NCBI GenBank assembly: GCA_963666835.2
Contig: CAXXGO010000006.1
Span: 1,312,001 to 1,376,000 of the forward strand
DNA: 64,000 bases
Origin: Phycisphaerae bacterium
Lineage (GTDB): Bacteria; Planctomycetota; Phycisphaerae; UBA1845
Direction: 5' to 3'
Program-made: the position numbers and the translations under genes
Notes under the pieces: generated by a model
What the model was told of the DNA's origin: nothing
The model's database searches: none
Seen by the model: only the letters and a program-made list of their open reading frames with translations
Shown: positions 59,416-64,000 of the stretch, one piece after another
Layout of the letters: each line of letters begins with the position of its first letter
Position numbering within the stretch: the first letter of the stretch is position 1

Positions 59416-60762
59416 ATGAAAGAAACTGACATAGTTGTTGTAGGTGGAAGCGCAGCGGGCTTAACCGCGGCCCTTACTGCTCGACGTCATTACCCGAACA
59501 AGCGGGTCCTGGTCGTGCGGCGCGAAGACCAGGTCCTTATCCCGTGCGGCATTCCCTACATCTTCGGCACGCTGGGGGATTCGGCGAAGAACGTAATGCC
59601 GGACGCACCGTACGAGGCGAACAAGATTGAGTTGCTCAAGGCCGCGGCGACCGAACTGGATCGGGATAAGAAGATTCTCCACACGGACGGCGGCGACATC
59701 CGCTACGATCGCCTGGTGCTGGCGACCGGCTCCTTGCCGATCATGCCGCCGATTCCCGGGTTTGCTTTAGATGGCGTTTTCGCGATTCAGAAAGACGTTG
59801 ACTACTTGCAGAGTTTGCTCGAACGACTTCAAACTGCCAAGGACGTCGTGATCATTGGTGGCGGCTTCATCGGCATCGAGTTCGCCGATGAGATCAACAA
59901 GATGGGCAAGGCCAACATCACGGTTGTTGAGGTTGCGCCCCACTGCCTCAGCCTGGCTTACGATGACGAGTTCTGCATTGAGATGGAGGAGGTGCTCGTC
60001 TCTCGCGGGATTACGATTAAGACCGGCGCGAAGGTCGAGCATATTCAGGGTGAGACTCACGTTGAGTCGGTTTCGTTGTCCGACGGGGTTGAAATCAAGG
60101 CCGATGCCGTGATTCTGGGCATCGGCGCCGTAGCGAACGTCGAGCTGGCGAAAAAGGCGGGCTTGCGCATCGGGCTGACCGGCGGAATCGCAGTGGACCA
60201 GACGATGCTGACCTCCGATCCGGCGATCTTCGCTTGTGGCGACTGTGCCGAGAAGATCTCGTTTTTTGGCGGTCGGCCGTCCGGCCTGAAGCTGGCCTCC
60301 ATTGCTCAAACGGAGGCTCGGATCGCCGGGGCAAACTTGTTCGGTCTTGAACGGCAAAACCCAGGGACGGTCGGAGCGTGGTCAACCTGCGTGGGCGACT
60401 TTGCGCTCGGCACCGCGGGTCTGACAGAGGCGATGGCCAGGCAACGGGGCTACAACGTCGTGACCGCGACCGTTGAAGGACCCAATCGGCACCCGGGCGG
60501 CATGCCGGGCATGGTCAAGACGAAGATGAAAGCGGTCTTCGAGGCGCACAGTGGTGTCATATTGGGAGCCCAGGTTCGGGGCGATACGGCAACAGGTGAG
60601 ATGATCAACGCCGTCTCGGCTTGTGTGCAGAGGCGGATGACCGTTGAGGACATTGCGATCTTCCAAATCGGTACCCATCCGGCGCTTACGGCGTCGCCGA
60701 TCGTATATCCGCTTGTGAATGTCGCAGAGTTGGCGATCAGTAAGATGCGCGACCGGGACTGA
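59416..60762 (+). CDS. FAD-dependent pyridine nucleotide-disulfide oxidoreductase (NADH oxidase/CoA-disulfide reductase-like)
   Basis: VVGGSAAG, single redox Cys in PCGIPY, LATGS, IGGGFIGIE, FACGDC and THPALT motifs. Confidence 0.92.
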   Translation: MKETDIVVVGGSAAGLTAALTARRHYPNKRVLVVRREDQVLIPCGIPYIFGTLGDSAKNVMPDAPYEANKIELLKAAATELDRDKKILHTDGGDIRYDRLVLATGSLPIMPPIPGFALDGVFAIQKDVDYLQSLLERLQTAKDVVIIGGGFIGIEFADEINKMGKANITVVEVAPHCLSLAYDDEFCIEMEEVLVSRGITIKTGAKVEHIQGETHVESVSLSDGVEIKADAVILGIGAVANVELAKKAGLRIGLTGGIAVDQTMLTSDPAIFACGDCAEKISFFGGRPSGLKLASIAQTEARIAGANLFGLERQNPGTVGAWSTCVGDFALGTAGLTEAMARQRGYNVVTATVEGPNRHPGGMPGMVKTKMKAVFEAHSGVILGAQVRGDTATGEMINAVSACVQRRMTVEDIAIFQIGTHPALTASPIVYPLVNVAELAISKMRDRD

Positions 60763-60788
60763 CCACTTTCGATGAAGGGAGAGCCTCG

Positions 60789-61199
60789 ATGGCTAGAGTT
60801 CTCGCAATCGACGACGATCGGGATTTCTTGGACGCCGTACGCCTGATGCTCGAGAAGGAGCACTATGAGGTAGAGGTCGCGTGGACCCCGGACCAGGGGA
60901 TCGAGAAGGTCAAGACCGTCGCTCCGGATCTCGTCATCCTCGACGTCATGATGCCGAGTGATTATGAGGGGTTCGCGGTAGCGCGGAAGATACGTGAAGA
61001 CCTGAACATGCAGGATCTGCCGATCGTTATTCTGTCCTGTGTACACGAGAGAAAACCGGTACCGTACCGCTTCGCCCCCGATGAAAACTACTTGCCGGTC
61101 GATGTCTTTTTGGACAAGCCTATCGACACGGCGAGACTGCTGGAGACCGTCAACGGGCTTCTGGGTGAACAGCGTGAGGAGCCGAAGTACCCGTTGTAG
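60789..61199 (+). CDS. stand-alone response regulator receiver
   Basis: IDDD, PDLVILDVMMP and FLDKP motifs. Confidence 0.92.
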   Translation: MARVLAIDDDRDFLDAVRLMLEKEHYEVEVAWTPDQGIEKVKTVAPDLVILDVMMPSDYEGFAVARKIREDLNMQDLPIVILSCVHERKPVPYRFAPDENYLPVDVFLDKPIDTARLLETVNGLLGEQREEPKYPL

Positions 61200-61504
61200 A
61201 CGACCGGAACCAGGCTCACGATGAACCGTCTGGTGGTGATGGCACCGTTGGTCAAGCGGGCCAGCAGAATAGCCGAGGCGATTGCCAGGCACACCAGGCA
61301 TACAATCCAGCTCCATAGCGCGATTCGAACGGCCGTCGTTGTTCCAAAACCTATATCCTCGGCGATATCGCCGAGAGTGTCGCGCGGGATAATGCCCGGC
61401 CGGTGCATCAGGTGCATCGCAACCGGCTCGAGCTGGGGTACCCACTGACCGCGCGCGTCCTTGATGCGTCCTGCGGTTGTCTTCTTCTCGGCCACGGCCG
61501 GCAT
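61196..61504 (-). pseudogene. possible 5' remnant of a membrane-protein gene
   Basis: Plausible N-terminus and TM helix, reading frame runs head-on into the response regulator 3' end. Confidence 0.35.
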
Positions 61505-61690
61505 CTCTATGGTCCGCCGAGTTGCGTTGACGTCATCTTATCCGGTGGACGGGTTGGTTCAACGTAAGGCAATGCGCGGGTACGCACTCCTTGCCTGATG
61601 CCCTTGTCCCGCGATAATCGGGGAATCCAACGACCGCCGTTTGGAATAATGAGCAGTTATGAAATCCCAGGAAGTCACAGGGGAAACTCC

Positions 61691-62983
61691 ATGCTGAACC
61701 CGGAAGAAATCAGGCCGTATCTCCTGCACGAGGACGAGCACGTTCGCAGCGCGGCCGTCGAGTATTTCGCCGATATGTGGTGCCAGGACGAGGGGATCGT
61801 ACCGATGATCCTCGAGGCTTGCGACCGGTTTGGCGAGGAGAAGAACGTTCGTGGCGTGGTTGCTTGTCGACGGTTTCCAATAACGGAACAGACGTTTCTT
61901 GATTTGCTTGCACGCGTTCCCCGTTTGCCCGTGATCACCGGCATGATCGGTGTCAACGCTTCATATCACCTGGTCTGCGCAATCGCCGCAGCGCCGGTGG
62001 AGTTTCTGATTCAACATGAGCCGGTTGTCCTGGAGAACACTCGCCCATCAAAGGAGATGATGGAATTCGTTCGGCGTCGGCGAGAACTCGCTGCCTGGTC
62101 CGACCAACAGCTTTGGGAAGAACTTCAGGATTATGCTCGACGGGGGGACGAGGACAATGACGTTGACGATGTCGACCATTCCTACGTTAGTGCTCTGATC
62201 GAGGCACTAGTGCCTCGCGGTCTGCCGGACACCGCGACGCTTTGCACCCTCTTGAAGTCCCCGGAAACTGAACACAGTTGGCTCGAGATATTCCTGATCG
62301 GTTTGGCGGGTGAACGATGCGTTGATGAGGCGATCCCGATTCTCGTAGACAAGTTCCGTGTCGATGCAGACTTCATGCTGGAGCGATCTTCTGAGGCCCT
62401 CGCCAAGATGGGCAATCCGGAAGCCGTGCGGTTGATCAGAGAGGCGTTTCCGAACGAGTCGTGGACGTACAGGCTCTACACCTCGAGCCTGCTGGCGAAA
62501 ATGAAGGTCCAAGAGTCCGAAGACGCGGTCATGGCTTTGCTGGAGACTGAGAGTGACTTGACGATCCGCACGAACCTGTGTTTCGCACTGTGCAAGCTGT
62601 TCTCGCGCCGGGGGGTTGACGTCGTAAGGCAGGAGATTCAGACGCAATACGATTCGAGCGTTGTAGAGCTGGAGGAGGAACTGCTTCCGGTAGCTCAGGT
62701 TCTGGGTATTGACCTCCCTGAAGCCGACGAATGGCGACGGAAGCGCGAGGAAGGAGAGCAGCTTCGGGCTCAACGGCAGAAAGAACTGAGCGAACTTGGA
62801 GCCGGGTATGCTACATTGAAGAAGAAGGGCATCGACCCTGTTGCCCAACTCGGCTCGCCACCTCGCAGCCGAAAACCCGCGCCGACCATAACCTATCAAC
62901 GCCACGACGCCCGAGTGGGACGCAACGATCCCTGCCCCTGTGGTAGTGGGAAGAAACACAAGAAATGCTGCGGGAGGAAGTAG
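61691..62983 (+). CDS. HEAT-like repeat protein with C-terminal SEC-C motif
   Basis: AIPILV..EALAKMG..AV.LI helical repeats and [19 protein letters not shown]. Confidence 0.85.
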   Translation: MLNPEEIRPYLLHEDEHVRSAAVEYFADMWCQDEGIVPMILEACDRFGEEKNVRGVVACRRFPITEQTFLDLLARVPRLPVITGMIGVNASYHLVCAIAAAPVEFLIQHEPVVLENTRPSKEMMEFVRRRRELAAWSDQQLWEELQDYARRGDEDNDVDDVDHSYVSALIEALVPRGLPDTATLCTLLKSPETEHSWLEIFLIGLAGERCVDEAIPILVDKFRVDADFMLERSSEALAKMGNPEAVRLIREAFPNESWTYRLYTSSLLAKMKVQESEDAVMALLETESDLTIRTNLCFALCKLFSRRGVDVVRQEIQTQYDSSVVELEEELLPVAQVLGIDLPEADEWRRKREEGEQLRAQRQKELSELGAGYATLKKKGIDPVAQLGSPPRSRKPAPTITYQRHDARVGRNDPCPCGSGKKHKKCCGRK

Positions 62984-63469
62984 CCCTTCGTGCAGGGCGG
63001 CAGCGGTCTTCGGGGACTGATGTGAGTCGGGCGATGCTCCGGGCAAGGCCGCGCCGCTGCCGGTATCGGTGTACCGGCTCGCTTCGCCGGTCCCCTGCCG
63101 GGTTCAAAATGCTCCTTTGACTGAAAAACGCAATCCTGCAGCGACGGTACACACGCAGGTCAAAGCACGGGCAACCTCCCCCTCAAACCGGCCCCTTTTC
63201 CCGTCCCGTACGCAGGCCTGCGGGGCAATCCTCAGAGAATAGACAGGTTTTTCTTCCTTTCCGGGGCTGATTCCGTCATCCCGTCCGAACCTTCAGGTGA
63301 GATCGAGCTTTCACCTGCGGAGAGGACGCTACGCGGCGTCAATCCGGCGGTGAGATGTGCCGTTCGATCGGAGGTGGAAAGACGCTGCGCCGGCCCTTGG
63401 TTGGCCTGAAAACGCCACGGGGCAAGCGGCCTCGCCTCCGGTCGTTACCAGAAGAAAGAAGAAAAGACG

Positions 63470-64000
63470 ATGAAGGTGACCCAGACAAGAAGCTCTGCCC
63501 TGTTTCCGGTGTTTCTGGCCTGCGTATTCGCGGCGCCGGCCGCCTGCTTGCACTCTGTGCAGGCCGACACCTACGAATGGGTGAACATGTGGGGCGGAGA
63601 GTATGACAATCCGCAGAACTGGAGCCCGTCGGGCGTGCCGGGCAGTTCGGACGCCGCGGTCTTCGATCACACGCAGAACATCTTCATCCATCTCGCGGAT
63701 TCCGTCACCGCGAGCCGGCAACTGAGCGTCAAATCCGGAATAACCACCCTTCTGCTGGGCGTTCCGGGAGACGGCTGTGATGAGCCGGCGCTGTACCGCC
63801 TGCTCGGCTCGGGAGGGTTCATCAACGGCGCCGTCAGCATCGGGGGGCTTCCCGATGTCCCGGCGACTCTGCGTATTCGCGACACGGTTTCCTCATGCGG
63901 CCCGGACAGCTACGTCATTGCCGACGGGCTGCTCACGATTGCCCAGGCAGAGGACAGCATCGGCACCCTCGTACTCGGAGACAGCCGCGCGCAAGCCACT
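63470..64000 (+). CDS. secreted protein, partial (runs off the window)
   Basis: MKVTQTRSSALFPVFLACVF...ADTYEWVNMWGGEYDNPQNWSPSGVPGSSDAAVF, typical of a beta-rich surface protein N-terminus. Confidence 0.75.
   Translation, partial: MKVTQTRSSALFPVFLACVFAAPAACLHSVQADTYEWVNMWGGEYDNPQNWSPSGVPGSSDAAVFDHTQNIFIHLADSVTASRQLSVKSGITTLLLGVPGDGCDEPALYRLLGSGGFINGAVSIGGLPDVPATLRIRDTVSSCGPDSYVIADGLLTIAQAEDSIGTLVLGDSRAQAT

Overview
GC-rich bacterial window, most likely Planctomycetota (Phycisphaerae-like), inferred from the ECF sigma/Ser-Thr kinase pair, the H-X9-DG prepilin-type protein, IPTL-CTERM and dockerin-like surface proteins and a long ACP. In order it holds: a TolC-type efflux locus; tRNA-Lys; an accessory patch with REP-like repeats and an ISL3 nested inside a 144-bp MITE; tRNA-Sec; rpoD-dnaG; an atypical type II FAS/PKS cluster (two FabZ-like, long ACP, KS with substituted catalytic residues, intact-motif KS); an S1 paralogue; a block of secreted surface proteins (disintegrin-like repeats, lamin-tail, cohesin/dockerin-like, IPTL-CTERM); a DtxR-FeoA/FeoA/FeoB operon followed by three paralogous DNRLRE-type proteins and a pseudopilin; a DUF4253-nucleotidyltransferase-ADP-ribosylglycohydrolase-nucleotidyltransferase operon; tRNA-Asn with a decayed island; and a redox locus. 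The strongest leads are an unannotated candidate SEC-C selenoprotein (in-frame UGA plus SECIS-like hairpin), the metal-regulated Feo plus surface-protein locus, the RlaP-ARH-RlaP operon and a possible cohesin/dockerin surface-display system. All family assignments come from motif recognition by eye; no searches were run.
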